64,000 bases of DNA, taken from Octopus sinensis. Its lineage: Eukaryota. Position numbers and translations under genes: made by a program. Positions 63,104 through 64,000 of the stretch are shown here, one piece after another (the first letter of the stretch is position 1; each line of letters begins with the position of its first letter). The notes beneath the pieces were generated by a model. That model made no database searches, was not told the DNA's origin, and saw nothing but the letters and a program-made list of their open reading frames with translations. Location of the stretch: contig NC_043000.1 in assembly GCF_006345805.1 (NCBI RefSeq), positions 57,226,001 through 57,290,000 on the forward strand, read 5' to 3'.

Positions 63104-64000
63104 AATCTATACGTGATGTTATTTATTACAGAATTGATAAAAATAAGATAGAAATTCCTTTATTGGTTTCAATTAATAGACTGCAGCCATGCTGATTTTT
63201 TTTTATCAACCCCCTATACACAAACATAGCAAAAGTAAATACACAACTTTTTTTCACTCACCCTGAAAGATTTACTTCTAGAAACAAAATGTCATTTGAT
63301 GCTTTTAAACACTGATATCTAGTAGACATCATCATTATCACTTAATGTCCATTCTGCAATGCTGGCATGGGTTGGATGGTTTAACAGGAGCTAGCAAGGA
63401 CTGCACCAAGCTTCACTGTCTGTTATGGCATGGTTTCTACAGTTGCATACCCTTCCTAATGACAACCACTTTACAGGGTAGGCTGGGTGTTTTTTACATG
63501 GCACCAGCATGTACAGGTACCAGCCTTGTGCAATTTCTAATAATTTAACCCATTTCAGCACTGTACTAATGGGAAGTGTCCACACAGACAAAACAATATA
63601 ATGCAGGGTGTCTAATTTAGTTTTGAGAGGTCTTTGTATATTTTTTGTACTTAGTGATTTCAGAATAACTCAGATGTTTATATGCTGTTTCTTATTGCTA
63701 CACTCTTTGAGATTTTTCAGTTCCCTCTCCCTACTGCTAAGCTCAGGAGACCTAGTAAAAGTAATGGGCACTACTGTTCTCCCTTCCAACTAAACCATAA
63801 AAAAATTATTCACTAAAAACACATCCAGTCATGAGCCATGATTGAAATTAAATAATCCATTTAGAGGATGAAACCATGTCAGAGCTGACTGATTAGTAAC
63901 TCAACTGATTTGTCACATCATTGTATATATAACACTGATTTATTTGAGAACTTTTAAAATCCTATTGAGTCATCAATTTTGAGTTTCTCATCAAAGTAAT

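Overview
AT-rich, microsatellite- and SINE-dense eukaryotic genomic DNA. The repeat families suggest a coleoid cephalopod (Octopus-like); that assignment is inference. The window holds two convergent (tail-to-tail) genes. (1) APC (adenomatous polyposis coli) on +: 7 coding exons from 3479 to 27601, all GT-AG and phase-compatible, giving 3004 aa from the ATG at 3479, with an 8051-nt terminal coding exon. The N-terminal coiled-coil exons are not seen. (2) The 3' part of FAF1 on -: 7 exons from 62450 down to 51958, encoding UAS, coiled-coil and UBX domains. The rest is transposon material: mariner, RTE LINEs (one 5'-inverted with an 11-bp TSD), a Gypsy remnant with PPT and 3' LTR, Penelope-like pieces, MITEs and several SINE families. 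Leading candidates for something new: minimal hammerhead-ribozyme motifs (one in an APC intron on the sense strand, one downstream of a tRNA-type Pol III promoter in a Penelope-like 3' end); a 61-codon in-frame extension behind the APC UAG stop that A-to-I editing could open; a FAF1 UBX domain lacking the R...FPR p97-binding signature; and a motif shared at the same offset behind several 5' splice sites. No CRISPR array, rRNA or intact tRNA gene was found.
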